Below, piece by piece: positions 10,658-21,611 of a DNA stretch of 64,000 nt. Under the pieces are notes generated by a model, which saw only the letters and a program-made list of their open reading frames with translations, searched no databases and was not told the DNA's origin. A program made the position numbers and the translations under genes. Origin of the DNA: a virus; the IMG/VR virus record IMGVR_UViG_3300024520_000055, positions 19,448-83,447 of that record, one strand, 5' to 3'. The stretch's first letter is position 1. Every line of letters starts with the position of its first letter.

Positions 10658-13600
10658 TCCTCTCCGGAACCACTCTCCAGTCCTACCTCAGTAACCTGGG
10701 GTCGTTCTACCAGCGTTACTTCGCGAACCAGGGAGTCTACGATACTCTCCTCCACGGGGCTGAAGAGCTTCTCCAAGAGGCCTACTACACCCTGATGGAG
10801 ACGGTCTATCAGAATGACCGTCTCAACATGCGCCTCTTTCACAGGAGGCTCTGGCTTCCGATAGACCTGGACTTGCTCAACGTCACAGCGATGGAACAGC
10901 CCGACCAGGTCAAGCCTGCGTACCGCATTCCCTTGGTCGACACGACCTTCGCCGAGATCCCTTACCTGTCCGACCGAATCGGGCATCCGCGCTTGCTCCT
11001 TCGTTCAGGAAAGGACTACTGGGTTGAAGACGGAGCGCTCCTCGTCACAGCAGAAACGTATGCCCTCCTCTCAGTAGACCCTCGTGTCTCTCGGACGGAG
11101 GGTGTCGAAACCATCCCGGAGTTCCTGGAACGCCCCAATCCATCTCGCACACCACAGGCGTTGCCGATTCCCCCGACGGGAGACGAGTACCCGTACAACA
11201 TCAATGCCGCAGAACAAATCTGGCCCAGCATTGGCCCCTTCATCGACGCAGGAAAGCCTGCTGTCTTGTCCGTGCGTCTGTGGGCCCCGCGTGTCGAGGT
11301 AGACGAAGCAGCCCTCGAACGTTTTTGGGGGGCGCTCATTGATGTTGAGCTCGACTCGGACGAGTTGCACCGGCTATTCGTGGACTCCCTGCTCTGGCTC
11401 TTCTTCCAAGGTCCGTCGCAACGGGTGTTCTCCCAGTGCCTCAACATGGCAGCGGGGCTCCCCCTAGTAAGCGAGGACGCTGTCCTCGTTGGCGCTGTGC
11501 TGTCGGGCACAGATTACGTGGTGTCCGTTAAGGCGTGGCGCGCTGCGGGTTGGGAAGACCAGACCTACACCTTCGACGCAGACTACAACATCGATCCGCG
11601 TCTCCTGGACTCCAACAATTTCGGGGCACTCATTCTTCGTAAAGGCGACGTGCTGACAGGCTTCTTTGACTACAGGGACAACCTCAACGATCCTGACTGG
11701 TGGCACAACGCCGTCATCCCTGCGGACCTTTTCAATGCAGAGGCTTACCGGCGTGCGGCTACGCCAGAGCGGGAAGAGTTCCTCATCACAGACGCCGACC
11801 CCGACTACATCGGGGACCCCCAGCTCTACATCGGAGCGGACGAAGACGGCACTATCAATCCTGCCGTGCGCATCAAGGACACGGACGTCGAGGCTTACGC
11901 AGGGCACCCCGACGCCACTGAGGACTACAACGACTTCTACCTCAAGGGCGACGAAGGACAGCTCTCAATCCTTCCCGCGGTGGGCCCCGGTACCCCTGGC
12001 GCACGCATCCTGGGACCGCACACGATCGTACTTGAAGTGGACGAGCCCATTGGCGCCGGAGGCCTGGCAGTCGCCAGTGCCGCACCGCGCACCATTCGCC
12101 TAAAGCACACAGCCAAGATTGTGAACATGGCGCTGGGTTCCGAGACGCGTCCGTCCGGATACGACGGAGAGGTGCCGGGGGACGACAGTAAGCCATTCAG
12201 ATTTGACGTGGGTGCAGCAGCGTTCGGAACCTCCGAGGAGCTGGTCGGAGGCTTTCTCAAGATCACCGGACGGCGTGTGCAGGGGGTCACCGTCCCGTCG
12301 CTTCTCGGCGTCGAGGGGAGCTACCCCATCGTACGCATCGCGTCCACTACAGAGATTGACGTGGTCCCCTCCAACATCACAGAGCACGTCGACGGCGGCG
12401 GCCTCTTTGATTCCTATCCCTTTCCGTTTGGACGCACCTACGGCGCCCCGAACAACGGGGAAATCAGAGGGCACCTGTCGGGCACAGGGACAGCAGAAGT
12501 GGGGGGTTCCGGAGACCCTGATGTGGGGACGTTGGTCGACAGCGGGGGAACAGCGGCCACGACAGGAGGTCCCGCTCCTACCCAGGTGCAGATCCCCGGT
12601 GCAGACCTGGATGACTATGCCAGCACTTCCGTCAACCACGGGTACTACCTGGAGATCTATGCTGACATTGCAGGAACTCCGGCATGGTTCACCGCGCGGT
12701 TCCTCCTCAATGCAGGAGACCCAACCAAGCTCGACGTGACGTGGGTCGGCGGCACGAGTCCCGCCTCTACAGGAGAGACCGGGCTCGCGTGGCGCATCAA
12801 GAAGCTCGGGAGCATCATTGAGATCACCAGCGGCCTCTTCCTGGAACGAAATGTCAACGACGTGATCACGCTTTCAGGAAGTAGCACTTGGGGCAATGAC
12901 GTCGCCTCAACGATTTACGACGTAAACACGGGAGTTACACCGCAGGAACTGACGGTTGAAACTCCCAAGTTCCTCCCCGAGTCCGGACTCGACTACGCAC
13001 ATACCCTGCAAGCAGGAAAGAATGCGCTCTTCCTCTTCCCTGTGTCGGAGACATTCAGGTTCCAACCTGAGCATGTTGGATTCAACGTCCGTGTCAGTGC
13101 TGCGGACAAACCCATCCTCGCTGTGCAGGACGGGCTGACGGCCGAGATCGCACAGGAGGCCTCCGCCGCGGGGGCGCCCTGGGGAGTACTGTTGAACGAG
13201 ACCGACCTCGTATGGGAGTTCATTCCCTCCTTGGCCAACGAACTCGTTGAGCGGCGCGTGCGCAGTGCGGTACAGGATCCTGCCAACGAGTTCCGCGTGA
13301 TTGTCGAGTTGTACGGCGAGCCCCTGGTGTTTCCTTTCCCTGATGCGGTGGAAGAGTGGCCCACTGATGACTTTCCGACGCCCGACGCCACCGGGCAATG
13401 GGACAAGCGCACACTGGGAGGCTACGAGGTAGAGGTACTGTCCGCGGCATCAATCAAGGACGAATCCATCGCGGGGACCCTCGCGGCATGGGGAGACTAC
13501 CTCGTTGCCGCGGGTGAGGATTACAACGCGGGAAAGACAAAACGGTATCTCGGGCTTGTCAATCAAGGAGAACTAACGGACGTCTACGAGGTACTCGGGG

Positions 13601-13977
13601 CACACCAACTCCCGGTTACCGCTGTCACACCGGACGGGGTGTGGTGGGTCGTGGGCCCTGCGGAAGACACATACTCTCTCGAGCCCCCCGAGTGGCCTCC
13701 GCCTGGCTGGGCCAATCGCACACACAACGGCGTGAGTGTGGACGCACGGTGGGAAGTCTCCACCAACGGGCGCGTTCCGGGCAACCGATTCAAGATCGGC
13801 TACCGACTATTCCAGAACTACCTGAAGCGGGGGGTGTGGGGCTACGACCTCACCAACCCGAACCTGGGGACAGGGGACACCGATATCTTCGTTCTCCAGG
13901 TCTTGGAAAAGATCCTAGAGCAGCGGTCGGCGTACACCTTCCCGATGCTCCTCCCGGGCAGTGTGTTAGGCTCGTAA
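10654..13977 (+). CDS. Baseplate wedge/tail-fibre attachment protein (gp7/gpI position) with repeated beta modules
   Basis: ATGA overlap at 10654; follows baseplate J; 'LERFWGALI...LLWLFFQGPS...LNMAAGLP' wedge-like segment; about 1107 aa and acidic. Confidence 0.55.
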   Translation: MILSGTTLQSYLSNLGSFYQRYFANQGVYDTLLHGAEELLQEAYYTLMETVYQNDRLNMRLFHRRLWLPIDLDLLNVTAMEQPDQVKPAYRIPLVDTTFAEIPYLSDRIGHPRLLLRSGKDYWVEDGALLVTAETYALLSVDPRVSRTEGVETIPEFLERPNPSRTPQALPIPPTGDEYPYNINAAEQIWPSIGPFIDAGKPAVLSVRLWAPRVEVDEAALERFWGALIDVELDSDELHRLFVDSLLWLFFQGPSQRVFSQCLNMAAGLPLVSEDAVLVGAVLSGTDYVVSVKAWRAAGWEDQTYTFDADYNIDPRLLDSNNFGALILRKGDVLTGFFDYRDNLNDPDWWHNAVIPADLFNAEAYRRAATPEREEFLITDADPDYIGDPQLYIGADEDGTINPAVRIKDTDVEAYAGHPDATEDYNDFYLKGDEGQLSILPAVGPGTPGARILGPHTIVLEVDEPIGAGGLAVASAAPRTIRLKHTAKIVNMALGSETRPSGYDGEVPGDDSKPFRFDVGAAAFGTSEELVGGFLKITGRRVQGVTVPSLLGVEGSYPIVRIASTTEIDVVPSNITEHVDGGGLFDSYPFPFGRTYGAPNNGEIRGHLSGTGTAEVGGSGDPDVGTLVDSGGTAATTGGPAPTQVQIPGADLDDYASTSVNHGYYLEIYADIAGTPAWFTARFLLNAGDPTKLDVTWVGGTSPASTGETGLAWRIKKLGSIIEITSGLFLERNVNDVITLSGSSTWGNDVASTIYDVNTGVTPQELTVETPKFLPESGLDYAHTLQAGKNALFLFPVSETFRFQPEHVGFNVRVSAADKPILAVQDGLTAEIAQEASAAGAPWGVLLNETDLVWEFIPSLANELVERRVRSAVQDPANEFRVIVELYGEPLVFPFPDAVEEWPTDDFPTPDATGQWDKRTLGGYEVEVLSAASIKDESIAGTLAAWGDYLVAAGEDYNAGKTKRYLGLVNQGELTDVYEVLGAHQLPVTAVTPDGVWWVVGPAEDTYSLEPPEWPPPGWANRTHNGVSVDARWEVSTNGRVPGNRFKIGYRLFQNYLKRGVWGYDLTNPNLGTGDTDIFVLQVLEKILEQRSAYTFPMLLPGSVLGS

Positions 13978-14068
13978 AAAGGTTTGCAATGGGACTCTGA
14001 TGCGCGCGATCCTGGTGTTCTACATATAGAACGGGTAAAATCCTGTCCCAACGAACAGAGAGGGCACA

Positions 14069-17000
14069 ATGACCCGGGATTTCATCAAGTTCGAAGAAGG
14101 AAATGACACTGGCGACAACCTCTCGGAGAGCATCGCGCCTGTAGAGGCGGGGGATGCGGCCAGTCCACAGGATCAGAACCGGCCTCTCGACGTGCTGCGC
14201 GCAAGGACTGAGGTTCTTCGCGCTGCCTGCGATAACGCCCTCTTCCTCGCCGCAGAGGACAGAGCGCTGGCGATCACCTGCCCAGGCGCCCTGCACTGGG
14301 GAGGTCCGTTCGATCCAACACTGGCTCCCGTTGCAGACGAGGACGCCCTCGATGGCTATACGGGACGCATCGGAATCGGAGGAGACTTGCACGTCGTCTC
14401 GCTGACGACTCCGAACAGCACGATCTTCTCGAGTCTCCAACATACGGACATCAAGTTCACCACACGGAAGACTGCGGCGGACGGAGGACGTCAGGTTTCG
14501 ATCGAGATCGAGGACACCACGGACGTTTCTGTCCTGACCCTTACCGTGACGGGTACCCCCAAGAGACATCTCCTGATCCAGTTTGACTCCGGGACCTCAA
14601 CTCCCACGGTACAAGAAGTCTTTGACGCCCTGACCGACACGGCAGACAGTGCGTTCAATGCCGAGGCCTCGGCCCTCATCCTCCCTGAGATCACGGGCAC
14701 AGCAGGGAATCCCATCCTCGAGCTGTCCAAGATCTACCTGGTCCCGGGGTGGGACTTCGAGTACCACGTCATCCACAAGGGAGTCCTCGACGCGTTCTTC
14801 AACATCGATGACAACCGTCTGGCCGAGGGGGACAACCTCTGTCTGCGCTTCAACACCCTCTTGGATCGGCGACAGTCCCTCAAGGACGGAACCCCATCCG
14901 ATGGTATCTCGGTCAGCCCCGTAACCGAGCCCACCGTCACCGAGACTGCCCTGGTTGTTGGGCGCAATGACACCAGCCACCTGGAAAACGCGATCCCCCT
15001 GGCCAAGGTGGACGGCGGCAACCTGGTTCTCATGAATGGTGTCCCGCTGCGTCCCGGGCACTTCTGGGCTCCCGAGGGCGCACAGTTCTCGGATTCCGTA
15101 TCGCATACGGCCCGCGAGATCCACGTCCGCACAGTAACACTGGCGACCTTCGAGATTTCCGGGGGAACGATTCCCAAGCGGCATCTCCTGCGGACCTATC
15201 TCAACACCCCGCGGAAGCGCGCGCTCAAGGGTAACGTAGTCATCATTGCAGGAGGGGCGTACTACGTCGAGGGGCAGCACTTCGTCGTCGACTCCTACCG
15301 TGACAGCATCCTTCAGCTCGTCGAGTTCGCCTCGGCCATGGGCAACGTGTACTTCCGCGAGATGCCGGACATCGCTGAGAACCTGGGAGCGTCCGCGGCA
15401 ACCATGGGACCGCCTGCGGCTCTCATCGGATTGGACACCCGGTTCTTCGAGCGCCATCCAGACCGCGACCGCATGATCGATGTCCAAAGTGCGCTGGAAC
15501 GTCTGGTCATCACAGCGGTCACGGTCGCCGAAGCTGCGGCACTCTCGTCGCGACTCGAGGAAGTCCTTGGAGTCTACTACTCCCCTATTGCCGGAGGACG
15601 CACGGTCCTCAACATGGGAAGCCTGACAGGCGTCCGGAGGATGCAGGCTCCTACGGAAATGCAGACCCAGTACTGGCAGGAGTACAGCGGAACGCGCCCC
15701 AACCTGTGGGAGCTCGGGGGCAGGGTCCTGTCACCAAAGCAGTATGGCATCGTTGCTGATGGAGAAGCACTCACGGACGTGGGCACTCTCGTTCCCTCTG
15801 GGGCATTCCCAATCCCGAGTGACCTCTCTGCCACCGAACAGGACTTCGGGGCAAACTGGGCGACGCAGGGGAAACCAGGGACAGTAGACCTCGCGACCCA
15901 GATCGCAGCCATCCAGTTCGGCGAGGCCATCAGCGGCAATGCTCTCGCGGACAAGTGGCGTGCCTTGGTCACCAGCGGCAGCAAGGCGTTGGCGCTGACC
16001 GAGCTTCGTGATTACCCGATGCCTGTCACAGTCTCTCCGACGGGCTCTCGCTCCTTCGGACTTCACAACGCTACACACTACGGAGACAGTGCTACCGTCA
16101 TCAACGCTGCGGTAGCAACAGCACGCTCGCGCGGGCTTCATCAGGTGTTCCTGATGCCTGGTGAGTACACCATTGACGCCGCAGTCGACGCGCCCGACAT
16201 CGATTTCATCGGAATTGGTTCCGAAGACAACCGCCCCATCGTAGTTTTCGACAGTAGCAACATGCTCTCGGCGTCATTCACAGGGGCGTTCGCGGCGCTG
16301 CGCCTCAACAACGCGCGAAACCTCAACTTTGCGTTCAAGTCCAATGGAACGTCCAGCCCGAATTTGCACGGGATCTTCGAGACCGATGCAAACCTCATCT
16401 CCTGTATCGGTGTCCGCAACTGGGTCAAGGAATGCTCGTTCACGTCTTACGATTTGCGCACCAACCAGACCGATTTGTTGAACGGAGGCGTCAGCAACGG
16501 GGAAACGGTCATCTTCCGCCAGATCTCAGCGATCATCGGAGATCGCTACAAGAGCACCGCGGCACCGTCGGGCTTCATGCGAGCGGACACCGTCTTCGGA
16601 CTGTTCTTCCCCAAGGTCCAGGATTGCTTCTTCTTGGGAATGTTCATGGGAATCCCGACCTACTCAGGGACCCACGCGTCGCGAGCGTTCATCGACCTGG
16701 GAGCCGAAGAGGGGGATTCGTACATCGCGGGGTGGGAGTGCAGCTGGTACCACCAGGCCATGATCGGAGGCTTTTGGGACCTGGACTGGTTGTCGTCCGG
16801 AACCGAATCCGACATGCGCTGCTTCCCGCTGGATCTCGTTAACTGTGGCTTCGTTACCTGCGGGGTTGTCATCGACTCCGATGAGCCTCCCGCGGCTGGC
16901 TCCCCGACCAACCCGTTCGAAGTCGATCTTGATGCAGGCCCTGCGGTTGCGATTCAAGGCATGTCCATCATGGCCATGGCGCGGCGCGTGCACCAGTGCA

Positions 17001-18757
17001 CGTTCCGTGATGTCCTCATCAATAACAGATGCGAACAGATTCCGGGCAACCCAGCGACAGACCAGGAGTACGATATCGCGTTCCACTCGGCACTTGGGCT
17101 GATGGCGGCCGAGATCGTCGGGTGCGAGGGAGGAAGAGAACTCACCCCGGTAGGCGGCTTCGGCGTGCACAACGGAATCAACTTCGTCGCCAAAACCGTG
17201 CATCACGCAGGGCCGCTGACCTTTATTATCCCCGCGGGAGGCCCCTTCGGGGAAATGTGGGCGTTCGCTGCTTGCATGCGTGACAATCACTTCGACATCA
17301 TCCAGCAGTTCGAAGACGAAACGGCCTCAACGAACGTGACCATTGGTGCCTTCTTGCCCTCGTTCTCTGCTGTGTGGCTGGACCCCGCTTTCAGAGCGCT
17401 CGCGCTCGAAGAGCCGGTCTCCACCATTGACGGGGCACCGTATGTCTATGGGATGCACTCGTCGGGAATGGTGTACGAGAACAACCAGCTTTCCCTTGCG
17501 GGCGTGACGACTTCGGGCCTCTACATCTCGGCAAACTACGTTGTCCTCGGAGCCAATTGGCTGCGCCGCATGGGACTCGACAACCTTCCCGGAGGGCCTC
17601 CGGCTATCGGAGACTCCCCGGTCAACTACATCTCGGTGCGCGACAACTTTGTTCGCGGCATCCGAACTGACGACTACAACGGCGCATCCAATGCCTCTGC
17701 GCATTACACGGTAGCAGCAAGTGCTGGAGGTGGCCTCAACAAGTGGGCCGATCCGGGCGGGGACAGCCTTTATTGGATGTGCGTAGGAGTCATCTCTCAT
17801 AACTACGGGTTCCCGCTGCTTTCCCCGGGACCTTTCGACTCACACACCCCGAGTGGGTATTCCCAAAGGATCATTCGCGATAGCGACATTGCGGCGCTGA
17901 CATTGGACGACGACTTCTGGGATGACAGCCGAATGAAATCTGTCAGCCTCGACTACGAACTCGAACCGGAAGTAGCAGGACGAAGGAACACGGTCCTCAT
18001 TGGAGGAGGAACGGGCAGGACGCTGGATCTTCCGCCGGATGCCCCCGACGGGACGTCATTCATCATCAAGGCTATTTCGGCAGGCCCACACACAATCGAC
18101 TGCGACCCGCTCTCAGGTGGAACCATCAAGTTCGAGGATGGGGTGACCACCACTCTGGCAAACGACGCGGTCAACGACATCATCGAGGTCATCCGGGAAG
18201 GTGACCGTTGGTACGTCTTGAACGTCGTCGGATGGGGATTGACCGCCTTCGATATCACGGTGCAGGAAGATGGCAGCAACATCCCGAACACGCCACACTC
18301 CACGCTAAACTTCACACAAGGAGTCCTTGCGGAGGACGGGGGCGCCGGGGTGGCGACCATTCTCGGCAGTCTGATCAAACAGGGTTCGAGTGTCTTGGCC
18401 TCCGACACGACGACTACTTCGGGTACTCCGGTTACGCTGCACTCATTTAGCTACACGAAGCTGAGGGCCGATTCACTTCTCATGGTCATTGCCATCGTTT
18501 CGGCCAGCAATGACAACAATGACAAGTGGATTCGTTTTCGGCTGCTCATCGGGGCTAGTGTTGAGTGCGGTGCGGCCATTGTGGGCAAGGCTAACGAGGG
18601 CAATTGCGCAACGCTGATCACAGTAGCGTCAGGTCTTGCTGCTGGGTCGCACACGCTTCTGGTTGATTGGGCAACAGAGGCCAATACTGCACAGTGTCAG
18701 CCTGCTACAACGGACTACGAGGAGTGCAAAATCTTTGCACTGGAAATTTTGATCTGA
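14069..18757 (+). CDS. Tail fibre/tailspike with a pectate-lyase-like beta-helix region
   Basis: 'DSATVINAAVATA...VFLMPGEYTI...IDFIGIG' beta-helix cap motif; C-terminal beta-sandwich typical of fibre tips; followed by a fibre-assembly chaperone. Confidence 0.75.
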   Translation: MTRDFIKFEEGNDTGDNLSESIAPVEAGDAASPQDQNRPLDVLRARTEVLRAACDNALFLAAEDRALAITCPGALHWGGPFDPTLAPVADEDALDGYTGRIGIGGDLHVVSLTTPNSTIFSSLQHTDIKFTTRKTAADGGRQVSIEIEDTTDVSVLTLTVTGTPKRHLLIQFDSGTSTPTVQEVFDALTDTADSAFNAEASALILPEITGTAGNPILELSKIYLVPGWDFEYHVIHKGVLDAFFNIDDNRLAEGDNLCLRFNTLLDRRQSLKDGTPSDGISVSPVTEPTVTETALVVGRNDTSHLENAIPLAKVDGGNLVLMNGVPLRPGHFWAPEGAQFSDSVSHTAREIHVRTVTLATFEISGGTIPKRHLLRTYLNTPRKRALKGNVVIIAGGAYYVEGQHFVVDSYRDSILQLVEFASAMGNVYFREMPDIAENLGASAATMGPPAALIGLDTRFFERHPDRDRMIDVQSALERLVITAVTVAEAAALSSRLEEVLGVYYSPIAGGRTVLNMGSLTGVRRMQAPTEMQTQYWQEYSGTRPNLWELGGRVLSPKQYGIVADGEALTDVGTLVPSGAFPIPSDLSATEQDFGANWATQGKPGTVDLATQIAAIQFGEAISGNALADKWRALVTSGSKALALTELRDYPMPVTVSPTGSRSFGLHNATHYGDSATVINAAVATARSRGLHQVFLMPGEYTIDAAVDAPDIDFIGIGSEDNRPIVVFDSSNMLSASFTGAFAALRLNNARNLNFAFKSNGTSSPNLHGIFETDANLISCIGVRNWVKECSFTSYDLRTNQTDLLNGGVSNGETVIFRQISAIIGDRYKSTAAPSGFMRADTVFGLFFPKVQDCFFLGMFMGIPTYSGTHASRAFIDLGAEEGDSYIAGWECSWYHQAMIGGFWDLDWLSSGTESDMRCFPLDLVNCGFVTCGVVIDSDEPPAAGSPTNPFEVDLDAGPAVAIQGMSIMAMARRVHQCTFRDVLINNRCEQIPGNPATDQEYDIAFHSALGLMAAEIVGCEGGRELTPVGGFGVHNGINFVAKTVHHAGPLTFIIPAGGPFGEMWAFAACMRDNHFDIIQQFEDETASTNVTIGAFLPSFSAVWLDPAFRALALEEPVSTIDGAPYVYGMHSSGMVYENNQLSLAGVTTSGLYISANYVVLGANWLRRMGLDNLPGGPPAIGDSPVNYISVRDNFVRGIRTDDYNGASNASAHYTVAASAGGGLNKWADPGGDSLYWMCVGVISHNYGFPLLSPGPFDSHTPSGYSQRIIRDSDIAALTLDDDFWDDSRMKSVSLDYELEPEVAGRRNTVLIGGGTGRTLDLPPDAPDGTSFIIKAISAGPHTIDCDPLSGGTIKFEDGVTTTLANDAVNDIIEVIREGDRWYVLNVVGWGLTAFDITVQEDGSNIPNTPHSTLNFTQGVLAEDGGAGVATILGSLIKQGSSVLASDTTTTSGTPVTLHSFSYTKLRADSLLMVIAIVSASNDNNDKWIRFRLLIGASVECGAAIVGKANEGNCATLITVASGLAAGSHTLLVDWATEANTAQCQPATTDYEECKIFALEILI

Positions 18758-18770
18758 GCTGGAGGTAGAG

Positions 18771-19340
18771 ATGCCGCCTACCAATTATCAGTATTCCATC
18801 GCGGATGACACGCCGGATGGATCGGTGGATTCCTCTCGAATGTTGGTCGAGATCGGTAATGCCGACATCGATACAGATTTTCAGCGGATTGACACCGTTG
18901 GAGATGTGCTCGACATCTGGTTTGTGGATGCGTTGTCCGGGGCCGAAGAGACGACGCTGAACGGCTTGGTAGCTGCCCACAACTTCTTGGCTGCTGTGAA
19001 GGCCAAGAAGTTCGCAGCGATTGACGTGCGGACTGTGGAGCTGATCGAGACGGGTTACACATTCAACGGCAAGAAGTTCAGCCTTTCGCTCCCAGCGCAG
19101 ATCAGGACAATGGGAATCCATCAGGTGCGCGACAACCCGGCGGTCGTCTACCCGATCAAGTGGAACACACGGGACGACGACGAGGCGGTCGATGTTCCTG
19201 ACAGCGCTACAGTCGACGGAATGTATCTGACTGGACTCGGTACCTACCGTGCACACGTTGACGGGGGGACAACGCTAAAGGATCTGGTACGTGCGGCAAC
19301 AACGATCGCCGAGGTCGAAGCCGTCGTGGATCCAAGATGA
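18771..19340 (+). CDS. DUF4376-like tail fibre assembly/accessory protein
   Basis: 'KAKKFAAID...GYTFNGKKFS...IKWNTRDD...LKDLVRAATTIAEVEAV' pattern; GGAGG RBS. Confidence 0.7.
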   Translation: MPPTNYQYSIADDTPDGSVDSSRMLVEIGNADIDTDFQRIDTVGDVLDIWFVDALSGAEETTLNGLVAAHNFLAAVKAKKFAAIDVRTVELIETGYTFNGKKFSLSLPAQIRTMGIHQVRDNPAVVYPIKWNTRDDDEAVDVPDSATVDGMYLTGLGTYRAHVDGGTTLKDLVRAATTIAEVEAVVDPR

Positions 19341-19858
19341 CCGACATCCGCATCGTCTTCACGACCGATAACGCCTGGTACTCCAGGCTGATACGCTCCA
19401 TCACACGGAGCAAGGTCAGCCACGTCCTGGTCTCGTTTTACTCTCCCTGCCTGGGCAAGGTTGTGGCAATGCACGCGACGCCGACAGGGTATGTGGTCGA
19501 GCCCTGGAAACGCATCGTGGCGACGCGGCGTGTCGTGGCCATGTATCGCTGTACTATCCCGCTGGATGACGCGGTCAAGGATCTGGCTGAGTGGCTCGGC
19601 ACGCGCTACAACTACGCGGGTGTTTTTGGGGCAGCCATTCAGGCTATTGCGGCTCTCTTCGGACGCCGTATCCGCAATCCACTCAACGATGCGCGTAAGT
19701 TGTACTGTAGCGAAGCAATCGTCAGGCTGGTCCAGTTTCCCCCTGTGCCGCGAAGCGTGGTGCTCGTTCCGGAAAGCACGAGTCCGGAGAGGCTCCTCAG
19801 CAAATACATCAACGTAGAAAGGAAGCTCTTTCCCAAGGTCCCCAGAGAGGCTGCGTAA
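19337..19858 (+). CDS. Permuted papain-like (NlpC/P60, YiiX/YaeF-type) amidase
   Basis: 'LIRSITRSKVSHV' (His), 'LGTRYNY', 'LYCSEAI' (Cys) in circularly permuted order. Confidence 0.85.
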   Translation: MTDIRIVFTTDNAWYSRLIRSITRSKVSHVLVSFYSPCLGKVVAMHATPTGYVVEPWKRIVATRRVVAMYRCTIPLDDAVKDLAEWLGTRYNYAGVFGAAIQAIAALFGRRIRNPLNDARKLYCSEAIVRLVQFPPVPRSVVLVPESTSPERLLSKYINVERKLFPKVPREAA

Positions 19859-20223
19859 TGCCCACACTCTTGGCCAAACTTGCCGCTGCGACCAAGAACG
19901 CCAAACCCTACTGGCGTTGGTTTCTGGCAGCGCTTCTCTTTGTCCTGGTTCTTTTGGCTGCGTACGTTATCTGGCGCAAGCTAGAACGTCTCCGGCAGCT
20001 CGAGAACGAGCACGCGGTGCTCAAGGAGAAGCTGAAGCACGACCAGATCAAGTCCAAGCTCGTAACCAATGCCGAAGAGCGCAAGAAACTCCAGGGCCAA
20101 ATCGAAGCCCTGGAGAAAAAAGAAGAGAGCATCACGAAGAAGATAGAGATCGAGAAGGAAACGTCCAAGGCGCTCCAAGATAGCATTGCCAAGGCCAAGT
20201 CCTGGAAGGACCTGGAAGCATGA
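19858..20223 (+). CDS. Membrane-anchored coiled-coil protein (inner-spanin-like)
   Basis: N-terminal TM helix (WFLAALLFVLVLLAAYVIW) then a charged coiled coil; TAATG overlap. Confidence 0.5.
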   Translation: MPTLLAKLAAATKNAKPYWRWFLAALLFVLVLLAAYVIWRKLERLRQLENEHAVLKEKLKHDQIKSKLVTNAEERKKLQGQIEALEKKEESITKKIEIEKETSKALQDSIAKAKSWKDLEA

Positions 20224-20720
20224 AATACGTGACGCCTCTCCTGATTGCCTACCTGGTTCCGTTCCTGGCATTGGCCGCGGACAAACCGCTGTCCCTCGAG
20301 AAGTTCTCACTCATCCCGAAGTGGGTGGAGTGTCCCGTCACGGAACGCGACCCTGACAGCGATAAAGGCTACGTTTGTTACGATTTCAACGCAGCACAGT
20401 CCCTCCTCACAATCGAGGCCGAGGCAATCGGTTGGCACAACATCAACCTGCAACTCAACCTGAAGGTGAAGAACCTAGACGAGCAGATTGTCCACTACAG
20501 GGGCATGTCAGTTAGTCTGGAAGGTGACGTCAAACGCCTGACCGAAGGTTACAGCGGGGCGATGAAGATCATTACGGAGACCGCGGACCGGGCTCGTCGG
20601 GCGGAGAAGCGAGACGCTCTTGGGGGAGCCCTGCCTTGGCTTGTCGCCGCAGCTGCATTGCTGCTCGTAGGGGGTTTCCTTGCTGGGTGGTTTGGGAACC
20701 AGGAGGCAGCCAAACCCTGA
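20220..20720 (+). CDS. Exported coiled-coil protein with C-terminal TM helix (spanin-partner-like)
   Basis: Signal-peptide-like N-terminus, coiled coil, C-terminal hydrophobic helix; ATGA overlap. Confidence 0.5.
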   Translation: MKYVTPLLIAYLVPFLALAADKPLSLEKFSLIPKWVECPVTERDPDSDKGYVCYDFNAAQSLLTIEAEAIGWHNINLQLNLKVKNLDEQIVHYRGMSVSLEGDVKRLTEGYSGAMKIITETADRARRAEKRDALGGALPWLVAAAALLLVGGFLAGWFGNQEAAKP

Positions 20721-21102
20721 TCCCCTTGACCTCCATGGTCTGGTGTCCGTGCTTCGCGTTGAACTTCCGAAGCCCCGTTACGCAGACCTCCTGCTTTCTC
20801 ACTTTCCCGCGTAAATAGGTCACGTAGCCCTTGCCCCAGCATTGCTTACAGTTGGAGCCACAACACGCGCCGATGTCCGCAAATACTACAGGGCGCAGGG
20901 TGTCGTCGGGAGCGGCATCGAGGAGGTCCGGGATCTCCGGAACCTCTGCCAGACAGGTACTCTTCTCGGTGGCGCGGCCAGTGGTGATAGGAACAGTAGG
21001 AGCGTCCGCAGGATAGACGTTCCCTACATGTTGAACGGCTTTTTGGAACGGGGTTTCTTCGGATTTGGCTTCAGGATCTTCCGTATCACTTCCGCTTCGC
21101 AT
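20572..21102 (-). CDS. Hypothetical protein with a CxxCxGxG Zn-ribbon motif
   Basis: 'CKQCWGKG' plus a downstream Cys; GAGGGAG RBS-like sequence; fills an otherwise empty gap but overlaps both neighbours. Confidence 0.45.
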   Translation of the reverse strand: MRSGSDTEDPEAKSEETPFQKAVQHVGNVYPADAPTVPITTGRATEKSTCLAEVPEIPDLLDAAPDDTLRPVVFADIGACCGSNCKQCWGKGYVTYLRGKVRKQEVCVTGLRKFNAKHGHQTMEVKGIRVWLPPGSQTTQQGNPLRAAMQLRRQAKAGLPQERLASPPDEPGPRSP

Positions 21103-21611
21103 CTCTTCTCCCTCGTTGATCTCCCCAGATCACATCCTTCTGCTATCAGAGCTAGCGCAAAAGCATCGGAGGTGTCAAGCGAGGTTGGGACGGTTCCCGT
21201 GATCTCCACCACCGCATCCCGCACATGCTCCTTTTTAGCCCCGCCGTTCCCCGCGGCAAACAGCTTCAACTGGGAAGGGGCCACGTCAACGTAGGGCACC
21301 TCTGCAACCGCGCAGGCTAGCCTCACGGCGCCCCCAACTTCGCCCGCAGCGAACGGACGGTAGGCTGCCTCGGTCGCATAGCTCTCGATGGCAACAAGCA
21401 CGGGGCGTTCTGCGCGCAGGAGGGCCAGCAGGCCCGCATAGATTTTACGCAGGCGGTCTCCGTCGCTTCCCCCAGGAACGGGCGTGGCTCGGACCTCCAT
21501 CTGAAGCCGGATCTCCCCGTTCTTCCAGACCGCTAGTCCCGTGCAAGTGTACGAGGGATCCACGCCCACATAAGCCTGCCCACGATTGGTTGCCCGCGCT
21601 CCCTCGTTCAT
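21024..21611 (-). CDS. ruvC: Holliday junction resolvase RuvC
   Basis: 'VGVDPSYTCTG', 'VAIES', 'PSQLKLFAAGNGGAKKE', 'DTSDAFALA' RuvC motifs. Confidence 0.92.
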   Translation of the reverse strand: MNEGARATNRGQAYVGVDPSYTCTGLAVWKNGEIRLQMEVRATPVPGGSDGDRLRKIYAGLLALLRAERPVLVAIESYATEAAYRPFAAGEVGGAVRLACAVAEVPYVDVAPSQLKLFAAGNGGAKKEHVRDAVVEITGTVPTSLDTSDAFALALIAEGCDLGRSTREKRCEAEVIRKILKPNPKKPRSKKPFNM

